64,000 bases of DNA, from positions 65,001-129,000 of the forward strand of contig JAJYDJ010000003.1 of assembly GCA_021777565.1 (NCBI GenBank), read 5' to 3'. This stretch comes from a bacterium (GTDB lineage: Bacteria > Patescibacteriota > Microgenomatia > Levybacterales > UBA12049). Made by a program: the position numbers and the translations under genes. The notes beneath the pieces were generated by a model, which searched no databases, was not told the origin of the DNA, and saw nothing but the letters and a program-made list of their open reading frames with translations. Shown here piece after piece: positions 1-8,962 of this stretch. Position 1 is the stretch's first letter. Each line of letters opens with the position of its first letter.

Positions 1-65
1 TTAATCCACGACTCTTCTGTTGAAACCATGTGACTTCACGAGCCTTATATTGATTAGTTCCAACC

Positions 66-314
66 CTATACAACATTGTTATTGCCCTCCCCTCTATTTG
101 GATAATTAAGTGATACTGTTTGCACAGTAATACCTAGTTTTTTGGCAATTGCCTCTCGTGCTTTTGTCCCAAGAGTTTCGTATATAAGTTCAGCGAGTTT
201 ATATTCCCTATCAATGTGGTGTCTGACGATAGAGAGGTTTATCACTTCTTTATGTAGAGAATTAGCAGCTATTGTACCTTTCGCCCGGACTCTCGGTTTG
301 GTATAATCGTTCAT
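66..314 (-). CDS. hypothetical small DNA-binding protein (predicted HTH near C-terminus)
   Basis: 82-aa ORF. The segment TKAREAIAKKLGITVQTVSL resembles a helix-turn-helix. It lies just outside the tRNA that marks the element boundary. Confidence 0.35.
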   Translation of the reverse strand: MNDYTKPRVRAKGTIAANSLHKEVINLSIVRHHIDREYKLAELIYETLGTKAREAIAKKLGITVQTVSLNYPNRGEGNNNVV

Positions 315-346
315 AAGATTAAGAGCTTCTTTGTCTTAATCTCCAT

Positions 347-421
347 GGCCCGTTCGTCTAGTGGCCTAGGACGCCTGGTTCTCATCCAGGAAATCAGGGG
401 TTCAAATCCCCTACGGGCTAC
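347..421 (+). tRNA. tRNA-Glu (anticodon CTC)
   Basis: 75-nt cloverleaf readable by eye. The 7-bp acceptor stem is GGCCCGT/ACGGGCT with discriminator A. The D-arm TCGTCTAGTGGCCTAGGAC is typical of tRNA-Glu. The anticodon stem is CCTGG/CCAGG with loop TTCTCAT, giving anticodon CUC. The T-arm is AGGGG-TTCAAAT-CCCCT. Confidence 0.85.
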
Positions 422-1925
422 TCATAGCTAAATCGGATTCAGAAATACTCAAAATAGTCTTATATTCCAAGCTAAACTCGCGATTCGACAAGCCAGAATA
501 ACACCAAGTCAACCCAACGGGAGCTATCGAACCAAGAAGTACTCTACGCTCACCTGGGTCTGAGCTCCGATAAGTATTATCCAAATGTGAAAATTTGTCA
601 CGCATAAATACCTCTACGTCTTCCATTGTGTATGCATCCAATATTGTTTCCCCTAATATCACTTCTGCATCTGCAATCTGATTTCCAATAATTTTATTCT
701 GTTCATGGTATACCTCATCTGAATATGTCCCTGCTAGATTCTTTTCAACAAGTGTTTGTCTCATTTGTTTAAGCCGAACAACCGCTTGTGTGGCTTTTTC
801 TCTCTTTGCTTGTAAGTTTGATACATTCTGATAAAAAGACTTTCTTAAAACCATCAAGAATACATCCAATTGTTCTTTTGTTGGTGCAGCAGACTGAAGA
901 AATTCTATCAGAGAATTATCAAGTTTTTCTACGGGAATAGATGGTGCCCCACATCTATTCTTACAAATATAGTACGCATACTTTTTATGTCTTCCTTTAC
1001 TCCATCCTCCAGACAGAACACCATAGCACTTACTACATTTCACAACCTTACGTAAAGGAAAATCTGGATTATCTTGCAAACGCTTACCGATAGTCATGCC
1101 AGCACGATTTCTTCCATCAATAATAGCCTGCACCTTGTAGTACTGTTCTTCAGTAACCATAGCTACATGCCGTCCTAGCACTTCTTCAGGGTACTTCGTT
1201 GAAGTAAGCATACCCATATAAAACTTGTGGCGAAACAGCCTATCAACTGTTTGCGCTCTCAATATGTATTCCTTGCCAGAGACAACCTTACGCATTCCCC
1301 ACCCATTCATTATTTTCGCCATCTCCTTCAAAGATTTTGTTCCCGTTGCCATTAAATTCCATGCATCCTTCATCTTTTCAAAATTCTCTCCATCTTTTAC
1401 AGCATATCCATGATCCATAACATATCCAATCGGCACTTTTCCTGTTACTTGTCCTGACAAGAACCTTGCCCGCAGACCATTTTTTGTCCGTTCTGATCGC
1501 ACGTCATTATCATGCTGTGCAAAACTTGCCATAATTGTCTCAAGAAGTTTTTCAGTGGGTGAGTTCCCTGTTGGTTCATTCGCAGATATTAAAGAGATCC
1601 CGTAGTCTGTCAATCTTTTACGAATTGCTAGATAGTCCTGTGTTTGCCGAGAGATTCTATCCAAACGATAAATAAATACAGCGTCGATATTTTTCTTGTT
1701 TCTTCTGCAATACTCCAGTAACTTTAATAATTCAGGTCTTCCGTTAATTGTTTTTGCCGATTTCCCTTCTTCCCTAAAAACTTCAATAATCTCAAATCCA
1801 CGACGTATTGCTTCTTTTCTACAGATTTGTTCCTGGGTATTTAAAGAAAAATTTTCAACTTGTTCCTCACTCGAAACTCTCAAGTAAATAACAGCGTTTT
1901 TATTCAAAATTGTATTTGACTCCAT
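411..1925 (-). CDS. large serine recombinase (integrase) with resolvase catalytic domain, recombinase domain and zinc ribbon
   Basis: The N-terminus AVIYLRVSSEEQ...IYRLDRISRQ is the classic resolvase/invertase catalytic-Ser motif. The protein is 504 aa. The C-terminal region carries a Cys cluster (CSKCYG...YYICKNRCG). The 3' end of the ORF overlaps the 3' end of tRNA-Glu by ~11 nt. Confidence 0.9.
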   Translation of the reverse strand: MESNTILNKNAVIYLRVSSEEQVENFSLNTQEQICRKEAIRRGFEIIEVFREEGKSAKTINGRPELLKLLEYCRRNKKNIDAVFIYRLDRISRQTQDYLAIRKRLTDYGISLISANEPTGNSPTEKLLETIMASFAQHDNDVRSERTKNGLRARFLSGQVTGKVPIGYVMDHGYAVKDGENFEKMKDAWNLMATGTKSLKEMAKIMNGWGMRKVVSGKEYILRAQTVDRLFRHKFYMGMLTSTKYPEEVLGRHVAMVTEEQYYKVQAIIDGRNRAGMTIGKRLQDNPDFPLRKVVKCSKCYGVLSGGWSKGRHKKYAYYICKNRCGAPSIPVEKLDNSLIEFLQSAAPTKEQLDVFLMVLRKSFYQNVSNLQAKREKATQAVVRLKQMRQTLVEKNLAGTYSDEVYHEQNKIIGNQIADAEVILGETILDAYTMEDVEVFMRDKFSHLDNTYRSSDPGERRVLLGSIAPVGLTWCYSGLSNREFSLEYKTILSISESDLAMSSP

Positions 1926-1929
1926 ATTC

Positions 1930-2226
1930 TCAAACTGATTGCAACAACTCTCTTAGAGTCCTATTGTTAAAGATCTTTTTCTCATATTCTTCCAACCAGT
2001 TTGTCACTAAGTACCCAAATGAAGCAATCATAGATTTTATTTCTTCAGTAGTATAGCTATTACCTACTATTTCTTTTGCCCGTAGCACCATCCTGTCTTC
2101 ATATTCTTGCTCTGGGAAAAGCTCACTCAATGTTGTTGTAAGAGTATTTGAGATATCACCTTTTTTCGTTGAAAGCGGGTTACTTGAAATCATATCATTT
2201 AGGCTCAAAACTATCGCTATATACAT
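1930..2226 (-). CDS. hypothetical protein (possible accessory/RDF-like gene of the integration module)
   Basis: 98-aa ORF immediately downstream of the integrase on the same strand. It is divergent from the XRE regulator. No recognisable motif. Confidence 0.35.
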   Translation of the reverse strand: MYIAIVLSLNDMISSNPLSTKKGDISNTLTTTLSELFPEQEYEDRMVLRAKEIVGNSYTTEEIKSMIASFGYLVTNWLEEYEKKIFNNRTLRELLQSV

Positions 2227-2275
2227 AAATATTATCTTAAATACAAAAGGTTGTCAATAAACAAATATTGCATGA

Positions 2276-2515
2276 ATGCCCTATGGAAATATGATATTAT
2301 ATAAGCATATGGATGCGAGAGAATCTATCGGAACAGCTCTTCGGTTAGCGCGAAAAAAAAGAAAATTAACACAGTTTAAACTTTCACAGGCTGCAGGCAT
2401 AAATGCGAACTACTATGCCCAGATCGAACGAGGAGAAGTAAATGTCTCTGCCAAAATATTACAGATGATCATTGAGGTACTCAAAGTGAAGTCTTCTGAT
2501 ATTTTGCCTTACTGA
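2276..2515 (+). CDS. XRE-family helix-turn-helix transcriptional regulator (Cro/CI-like)
   Basis: LRLARKKRKLTQFKLSQAAGINANYYAQIERGE is a canonical XRE HTH. The gene is divergent from the integrase-side genes, across a 49-bp intergenic region containing the inverted repeat CAATAAACAAATATTG. Confidence 0.7.
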   Translation: MPYGNMILYKHMDARESIGTALRLARKKRKLTQFKLSQAAGINANYYAQIERGEVNVSAKILQMIIEVLKVKSSDILPY

Positions 2516-2553
2516 GATACACCCAATAATCACACCACATAGGCACCACATCC

Positions 2554-5388
2554 ATGTGGTGTAAAAACGATAGTTATAGATTCAAAAGAATGTATTCCAC
2601 ACAAAAAGGCAGATCCCCTACATATACATGTAAAATACTTTTTGTTATGATACATATGCTTTTATCTTCTGCCCTCAAAAGTATATATATGTCACCTATC
2701 CCTCACTGTATTATTAAAGTAGAATTGATTCAGAATACTCCTGTCTTCTCTTGTTATACTCTTCCTCACATCTCTTTTATTTCGTTTACTCCTATTTTTT
2801 ATCTCACACTTCATAGTGTAATTTTCATCTGTTCTGTGTTGTTATTTCTTCTCTGTCTTCGTGGTTTCATACAAATGAAAAGACAATTATCTGAAACACA
2901 TGTACTCCTTGAAATAATACCCCCTTCAGATACTAAGCAGACAACACTTACTACAGAACAATTTATGACAAATTTGCATAGTATCGGACAAAATAGATCA
3001 TGGTTTGATAAATTAGTTGGGAAGAAAAATATTTTTTCTCTTGAGCTTATTGCTACGAAAGAAAAAGGAATACGTTACGTGTTAGGTGTGCCAAAAGAAA
3101 TTGTTCCTATCATCAAAAGACAAGTACTCTCATTCTTAAAAGGAGCCACCATAACAGATACTGATGATTCCCTTCAGAGTATCAACAAACCTACCCATGG
3201 GATGATACGAGAACTTACGTTTCAGAGTCATTATGTATACTCTTTGCAAGAGCAATCATCACTTTCTCAGTATGATCCAATTGCATATATGACAGGGCAC
3301 ATGACAAGGCTTGGAGAGCATGAGACAATACTTCTACAAATAGTTATTACCCCAGTTACAAAGAGTTCTCACTGGTCAATATATACCTTCATTCAAAAAA
3401 CTATTCATAGAATTGAGCTTGGAGAAGACGTATCTGAAAACATAAAGAGTCATCATTCACTCTCTGCCACTATCCTTATGACTCTGCTCCTCTCTGTACC
3501 ATTTATACTCTTCGCACCTTATACGATCATTTCTCAGATTCTCCGTCCTACGAAAGATGGTAACTTTTTTCCCCTATGGCTATATACAGGCGAGAAGAAA
3601 AATCCTATGGACAGACTTACTCCTGAGAAACAGGAAATACAAAGAGATATCGCTCACAAATTGCAAAAAGAACTTTTTGAAACAACAATAAGAATTTACA
3701 GTTCCCACGAAGACCGACAAGGACAAAAGGAACGAATGCAAGGCATTCTGTCATCCTTTCAACCACTTCATACTCACTTGCAAAGGTTACATACAAAGTT
3801 TTCAATCGATGCCACGCAGTGGATTCAAGAATTCTTCCTCATGCATAGAATACTTGCGTTCAAGGGTAATCCTATTCTTTCAGTTTCAGAACTCGCAAAT
3901 CTGTATCACTTTCCATATACGCCAATCACACATACAGAAGATTTAGTGCAAAGCAAAAATCAAGAACTTCCTGTACCACTTTCTCTCAAAAATAGTACTG
4001 ACCTTGCTATTACTTTTGCTACGAATTCCTATGGGGGAATACCAACATCAATTGGACAAGATGCAAACCAAAGAAGAAAGCACACATATATTATTGGGGG
4101 TACTGGTACTGGAAAGACAACGCTTCTTTATACAATGATTATGCAAGATATTATAGCAGGACATGGAATCAATGTGACCGATCCACATGGTGATCTTATA
4201 CAGAAGATCTTGCAAACCATACCAGAAAATCGACAAGATGATGTTGTTCTTTTTGACCCTGACGATACTGAACATCCCTGTGGTTTTAATATTTTAGAGA
4301 TGCCCCAAGTACTTTCCAAGGAAGAAATGGAAAAGTATAAGGACCAACTCTGTGGTATCTTGATTGCTACTTTTCAAAAACTATTTCCTTCACGAGTAAA
4401 CGCCTATCGTATGGAACATATTTTGCGACAGGCGATTTTGACTGTACTTGAGACAGAAAGTCCAACACTTTTTACCATACAGAAGCTACTTACGGATTAC
4501 AAATATAGAAAGAGTGTTGTTGAACAACTCACTGATCCTATTTTAATTAATTTCTGGAAAAAAGAATTCGCTTCAATGGGATCCATGCAGAGAGCAGATG
4601 CTACTTCACCAATCACAACACGCCTCGGTGAATTCTTTGCGTCACATATGGCACGAAACATCCTACTCCAAAAACATACTACTATTGATTTCACGGATAT
4701 TATGAATAATAAAAAGATATTACTTTGTGATCTTTCGAAAGGGAAAATTACTGAAAGCATGAGCTCTTTCTTTGGTGCATTGATTACCGCGCAAATCGAA
4801 ATTACTGCACAACAGAGAGCACGACTACAAGAAAAGGATCGTGTAGATTTCTATGTGTATATTGATGAATTCCAAAATTTTGCCACACCAAGCTTTGCGC
4901 AAATGATGGGAGAATCACGAAAATATCGATTAAATACGATTCTTGCCCATCAGACGATCGCACAGATTGAAGATACAAATTTCATAGATATCGTTCTTGC
5001 AAATACTGGTACAGTTATTTCATTTCATACAGGGAGTCCGAGAGATGAGAGATATCTCCTACCATTCTTCGTACCAGAAGTGCTACCAGGACAGTTGAAT
5101 TCACTGCCACCCTATCACTTTTACATAAAAATCTCCAACAGCACCCCAGCTACCGTCTTTACTGGACAAACCGAGATTCTTATTTACCCTGAGAATCAAG
5201 AAAGAGCAAACAGTATCAGAGAACTTTCAAGAAACAAGTACACAAAGCAGAAATCAGAGATAGAAAGAGAAATAGTAACATTGCTCGAAGATAATGTTTC
5301 AGAAAAGAATACTGCTGATGCACAAGATCAGCTACAAAAAGCAAAAGAGTATCACTTAAAAGATGGAGGTTCTCATGAAAAGAAGTAA
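2554..5388 (+). CDS. type IV secretion coupling-protein-like ATPase (VirD4/TraG/TraD family); start uncertain
   Basis: Walker A is YIIGGTGTGKTT. Walker B is FYVYIDEFQNF. Also present are DPHGD and FDPDD...HPCGFNILE, as in TraG/TraD coupling proteins. There are N-terminal hydrophobic segments. An alternative start lies at ATG 2875 (MKRQLSE...). Confidence 0.7.
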   Translation: MWCKNDSYRFKRMYSTQKGRSPTYTCKILFVMIHMLLSSALKSIYMSPIPHCIIKVELIQNTPVFSCYTLPHISFISFTPIFYLTLHSVIFICSVLLFLLCLRGFIQMKRQLSETHVLLEIIPPSDTKQTTLTTEQFMTNLHSIGQNRSWFDKLVGKKNIFSLELIATKEKGIRYVLGVPKEIVPIIKRQVLSFLKGATITDTDDSLQSINKPTHGMIRELTFQSHYVYSLQEQSSLSQYDPIAYMTGHMTRLGEHETILLQIVITPVTKSSHWSIYTFIQKTIHRIELGEDVSENIKSHHSLSATILMTLLLSVPFILFAPYTIISQILRPTKDGNFFPLWLYTGEKKNPMDRLTPEKQEIQRDIAHKLQKELFETTIRIYSSHEDRQGQKERMQGILSSFQPLHTHLQRLHTKFSIDATQWIQEFFLMHRILAFKGNPILSVSELANLYHFPYTPITHTEDLVQSKNQELPVPLSLKNSTDLAITFATNSYGGIPTSIGQDANQRRKHTYIIGGTGTGKTTLLYTMIMQDIIAGHGINVTDPHGDLIQKILQTIPENRQDDVVLFDPDDTEHPCGFNILEMPQVLSKEEMEKYKDQLCGILIATFQKLFPSRVNAYRMEHILRQAILTVLETESPTLFTIQKLLTDYKYRKSVVEQLTDPILINFWKKEFASMGSMQRADATSPITTRLGEFFASHMARNILLQKHTTIDFTDIMNNKKILLCDLSKGKITESMSSFFGALITAQIEITAQQRARLQEKDRVDFYVYIDEFQNFATPSFAQMMGESRKYRLNTILAHQTIAQIEDTNFIDIVLANTGTVISFHTGSPRDERYLLPFFVPEVLPGQLNSLPPYHFYIKISNSTPATVFTGQTEILIYPENQERANSIRELSRNKYTKQKSEIEREIVTLLEDNVSEKNTADAQDQLQKAKEYHLKDGGSHEKK

Positions 5389-6148
5389 TGTATACATACA
5401 TAACGTTACCCCAGAACAACAGAAAATACTTTGTTGGCTAGCACTATTTACTATACTCACAAAAAAACATATGCAGAAATTGCTCAGACATAAAGATCAT
5501 AAATGGGTATCTGTCTGCATATCCAGACTACAAGCAGATGGATATGTGAAGGAAGTGCCCTTCACATTTGGAAGAACGAAAATTTTTGCATTATCAACCA
5601 AAGGAATGCTACTAGTAAAACGTATAAACACAACAGATACACAGCACAAGCAAATTGCTAAAAATATCTCATTTGCACAGATTGATCGTTTCTTGTGTAT
5701 TGCAGACGTATATGTACAACTCAATGAAAATAGTAAAGATACACTTTCATTTATCGCTAAGGCAAATCTCTCACGCGAAAGTAAAATAATAACACCGGAT
5801 GCATATCTAACATATACAGAAAGTACTCGAATAAAGACATATTTCCTTGAATTAGATAGAGAAACACAAAGCATGAATCCTATGGAAAAGAAACTTGAAA
5901 GATATTCACAGTACTTTTACTCAAAACAATGGAAAAGAATAACGCCAGACCACTTTCCAGCTGTTTGTATCATATGTTTCACACAAGAAAGAAAAAGGAA
6001 TTTGATGAATTTAGCAGAAGACCTATTTAATACGTCTCACTTCGCTCCTATTGTGTTTAAATTTACTACGCTAGATGAAATAAACAATGGTACACAAAAA
6101 GATATCTGCCTTGTTCCGTTCGAAAAAAAATTATATCCTATCCTATAG
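5363..6148 (+). CDS. hypothetical protein, possibly winged-helix / replication-relaxation-like
   Basis: 261-aa ORF that overlaps the end of the coupling-protein gene, suggesting an operon. The N-terminal region looks like wHTH. It has the size and position of the replication-relaxation family proteins of Gram-positive conjugative elements, but the family assignment is tentative. Confidence 0.4.
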   Translation: MEVLMKRSNVYIHNVTPEQQKILCWLALFTILTKKHMQKLLRHKDHKWVSVCISRLQADGYVKEVPFTFGRTKIFALSTKGMLLVKRINTTDTQHKQIAKNISFAQIDRFLCIADVYVQLNENSKDTLSFIAKANLSRESKIITPDAYLTYTESTRIKTYFLELDRETQSMNPMEKKLERYSQYFYSKQWKRITPDHFPAVCIICFTQERKRNLMNLAEDLFNTSHFAPIVFKFTTLDEINNGTQKDICLVPFEKKLYPIL

Positions 6149-6249
6149 GTAAATATACATCTGGATGTTAGATGTGCCAGTTTTGTTTTAATAATATTTA
6201 ACTATAATCTCAGTATAAAGTGGCGATAAGAATATATGTAGGTCAAAAA

Positions 6250-6278
6250 CTGACAACAATACACTTTTAGTGTATAAT
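6250..6278 (+). promoter_or_regulatory. sigma70-like promoter for the cargo operon (CTGACA-17 nt-TATAAT)
   Basis: The -35 element CTGACA is at 6250-6255. A 17-nt spacer contains the palindrome ACACTTTTAGTGT. The -10 element TATAAT is at 6273-6278. A second TATAAT lies near 6320. Confidence 0.45.
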
Positions 6279-6364
6279 ACCTTTTCAAGAACAAAGATCT
6301 ACCTAGAAACTCAGCTGGGAGTATAATTGAGATGACAATTTAGATATACGTTCTTAATAAATAT

Positions 6365-6988
6365 ATGTATACAATTACAGGCACGGCAGGCAATAACTGG
6401 CTTGAATATTGCAAATTAGTACTAGAGTACGGGTCAGACTTTCATGATGAGGGAGAGAAGATCAAAGAACTCCTTGATGTATTCATTCTTTTTGATAATT
6501 TCGATCCTAATGACTCTATTTTCGTTAAATACGGCAATCCTCATACAATTGACTTGTATAAACAGAAAATGATCTCATTGGAGATCATTCCTGAGCTCAA
6601 TACTACCTATGGCAAAAGATTATATGCACAGCAAGGCTTTGATCAGATTAAGTGGCTTACTGATAGGCTAAAAAGGAAACCAGAGACAAAATCAGCAACA
6701 ATCTCTCTTTTACTTCCTGATGACCCTGGACCACGTATTCCATGTTTAACGACTATTGACTGTAAAGTGCGTGGTGGAAAACTGCACATGACCGTATTCT
6801 TCAGATCCCAAAATGTAGCACGCTCCTATGCAAACTTCATTAGCGTTCACTACTTACACGAGAAGATTGCAATTGATTCTGGACATCCACTAGGGCAAAT
6901 GAAGTTTATTGTCTCTTCAGCCCATATTTATGAAAGGGACATAGAACCTGTAAAGAAGATCTTGGAAGAGACCAGTGAGTTAAGATAA
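6365..6988 (+). CDS. thymidylate synthase-fold protein (ThyA / dNMP hydroxymethylase family), minimal 207-aa version
   Basis: IPCLTTIDCKVRGGKLHMTVFFRSQNVARSYANFISVHYLHEKIA aligns to the ThyA active-site block [40 protein letters not shown]. The nucleophilic Cys is present. GQMKFIVSSAHIYERD aligns to GDFVWTGGDTHLYSNH. Confidence 0.65.
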   Translation: MYTITGTAGNNWLEYCKLVLEYGSDFHDEGEKIKELLDVFILFDNFDPNDSIFVKYGNPHTIDLYKQKMISLEIIPELNTTYGKRLYAQQGFDQIKWLTDRLKRKPETKSATISLLLPDDPGPRIPCLTTIDCKVRGGKLHMTVFFRSQNVARSYANFISVHYLHEKIAIDSGHPLGQMKFIVSSAHIYERDIEPVKKILEETSELR

Positions 6989-7003
6989 TACCAGATACTT
7001 ATA

Positions 7004-7591
7004 TCATACATCTGCATTTTTATATCTATCATCAGCTTTCATTTCTTTACGAATTAATCCTCGTATAAGTTCCGTCTTACTTTTTTTGTGAATGAAGGCA
7101 GACCACTCAATGTATCTATCTTCTTGAGAGCTCAGAACTAAATTAAATCTTGTCTTTTTACCAGTTTTATTTTCTTCTAAGAACTTTTCAATAATTTCAG
7201 GTAACTCATTTGTGTTTGTGTACACTTCATCATTTAAAAGCTCTGATATAACTCCATTCGTTGTAAGTGAAAACATATCCCTATTTGTAGATTGATGCAA
7301 ATGGAGAACTGGTTTGCCTTTCTGAAGTGCAATTGTCATCTGATGTCCTGCAGTAAGACCCTTTACCGTTCCTTCAACAATAGCTACATCAGCGTTAATA
7401 ATAGAGGTAATAATATCTGCGTAGAGTTTATCGAAATCAACTTTATTCTTAGTTTCTTGGTTTTGTAGGGCCTCATCAATCCAATCTCTAGTCAACTCAT
7501 GTCCGAGACTCACGATTATTTCACAAATTTGTTTATAAATAGGGAAGTATTCAGGAAGTTTTGATGTTGAGGTGATAAAAACAACTTTCAT
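7004..7591 (-). CDS. nucleoside 2-deoxyribosyltransferase / DNPH1(Rcl)-like protein
   Basis: ADVAIVEGTVKGLTAGHQMTIALQKGKPVLHLHQ parallels the DNPH1 segment ADVVVAEVTQPSLGVGYELGRAVALGKPILCLFR. A small Rossmann-like fold begins at MKVVFITS. Confidence 0.5.
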   Translation of the reverse strand: MKVVFITSTSKLPEYFPIYKQICEIIVSLGHELTRDWIDEALQNQETKNKVDFDKLYADIITSIINADVAIVEGTVKGLTAGHQMTIALQKGKPVLHLHQSTNRDMFSLTTNGVISELLNDEVYTNTNELPEIIEKFLEENKTGKKTRFNLVLSSQEDRYIEWSAFIHKKSKTELIRGLIRKEMKADDRYKNADV

Positions 7592-7632
7592 ATATAAGAG
7601 CTATACTTAACTTCATTTATTTATGTAAAGTA

Positions 7633-7657
7633 TAACATCATTATACATGATGTTATG
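7633..7657. promoter_or_regulatory. perfect palindrome (10-bp arms, 5-bp spacer) in the divergent promoter region; candidate operator
   Basis: ATAACATCAT-TATAC-ATGATGTTAT read directly. It lies in the AT-rich 330-bp intergenic region between the divergent genes 7004-7591 (-) and 7922-8962 (+). Confidence 0.3.
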
Positions 7658-7921
7658 TAATCCTTGTACCCCCATTACAAAGATACTGTTTAGATTTTGA
7701 ATTTCCTCTTGACACAGAATGAAATATGTTATACACATGAATATGTACATATATACACACTTGTGCATTGATGTACTAGTGAATGATGCGTGCATTATTA
7801 GTTTGCCAAAAGTGTAGAAGAGAATATAAAGTTTCATCTAAGGATGAGTCTAAGTTTTCAGTATCACTACTAAAAGTGAGCGATGAGCTTTTAGTACATT
7901 CTGAGGTTTGTCCAAGGTTAT

Positions 7922-8962
7922 ATGGAAAAAGGAAAACTAAATCGAAATAAAAATATGAATAAAATACTAAAAGTAGGCATTATAGGCATGGGTGAGCAGA
8001 TGACTGACAACCTGCTTCCTAGCATATTACTCAATAACTCTGTCATCATAGATAGTGTATGTGATATTGATAAAGAGAAATTGCATATAGCAGAATCAAA
8101 ATATAACGTAGTTGGATGCCAGTCTTATCAAGAAATGCTTACTACTAGAGAACTCGATTGTATTGTAGTGGCATCAACACCCCAAGTTCACGAAGCTGTT
8201 ATACAGTTATCAATTGACAAAGGTATCCCTATCTTTGTCGAGAAACCTCCATTCGTTGATATATCTAGCCTAACTCATATCATGAGTGACCCTAAAGCAA
8301 AAGATTTAATAAGTGGGGTTGGCATTAATTTTAGTTACACTGACAGTTTATTAATTCTCAAGGAATTACTGAATGAAAAAAAGTTTGGCAATATTTTGTA
8401 TTGGAATATTAATCATCTTGCTAATAAACCAACGGAGGCGCTGTGGGGGCTAAATAGCGTACCTCAATCATTTTTGCTCGCGCAAGCGATTCACCCTTTG
8501 GCATTTATATTAAGCTTTGGTGATAATTATAAAATCAAAAGTATTGATTATAGCCAGTTTGCTGATCAACTTCTGTTAAATTTAAATTTAGATATAAATC
8601 GTAATGGAAAGTCCTTTGTTGCAAATATTACATCAGGAACTTGTTCCCCGCACTTTGAGTGGAATATGGAGATTATTACTGACCAAGGGAAAATATTACG
8701 AATCAATTCACTGTGGGAATTGGAGTTGCTAGATGCTGGGAAAAAAACAGATCTCGTTAAAAATACTAAAAGATGGAAAGACGTATGGCATCCAAGTCCT
8801 GTTGGAAATGGTCTAAAAAGGACAGGTTATTATCATGAGCTTTCATCTTTTTTTGATAGCGTAAGGGAAAATAAGACATTTTATCCTAACCTTTCTAATA
8901 TGTTTGCGGTATATACACTCATTGATCAAATAAGTAAAAACATAACTGTAAAATATGTATAA
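7922..8962 (+). CDS. Gfo/Idh/MocA-family NAD(P)-dependent sugar oxidoreductase
   Basis: The N-terminal Rossmann motif is KVGIIGMGE. The EKP motif is present (FVEKPP). An alternative start lies at M12 (MNKILKVG). Confidence 0.7.
   Translation: MEKGKLNRNKNMNKILKVGIIGMGEQMTDNLLPSILLNNSVIIDSVCDIDKEKLHIAESKYNVVGCQSYQEMLTTRELDCIVVASTPQVHEAVIQLSIDKGIPIFVEKPPFVDISSLTHIMSDPKAKDLISGVGINFSYTDSLLILKELLNEKKFGNILYWNINHLANKPTEALWGLNSVPQSFLLAQAIHPLAFILSFGDNYKIKSIDYSQFADQLLLNLNLDINRNGKSFVANITSGTCSPHFEWNMEIITDQGKILRINSLWELELLDAGKKTDLVKNTKRWKDVWHPSPVGNGLKRTGYYHELSSFFDSVRENKTFYPNLSNMFAVYTLIDQISKNITVKYV

Noticed and set aside
870-1887. Small + strand ORFs (870-1055, 1225-1413, 1696-1887) inside the integrase gene
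   Set aside because: They are fully embedded antisense to a well-supported 504-aa recombinase CDS. They have no motifs.
6365-6988. Interpretation as ThyX or dCMP deaminase
   Set aside because: There is no ThyX RHRxxxxxS motif, and no HAE/PCxxC deaminase zinc motif. The alignment to the ThyA active-site block is clear.
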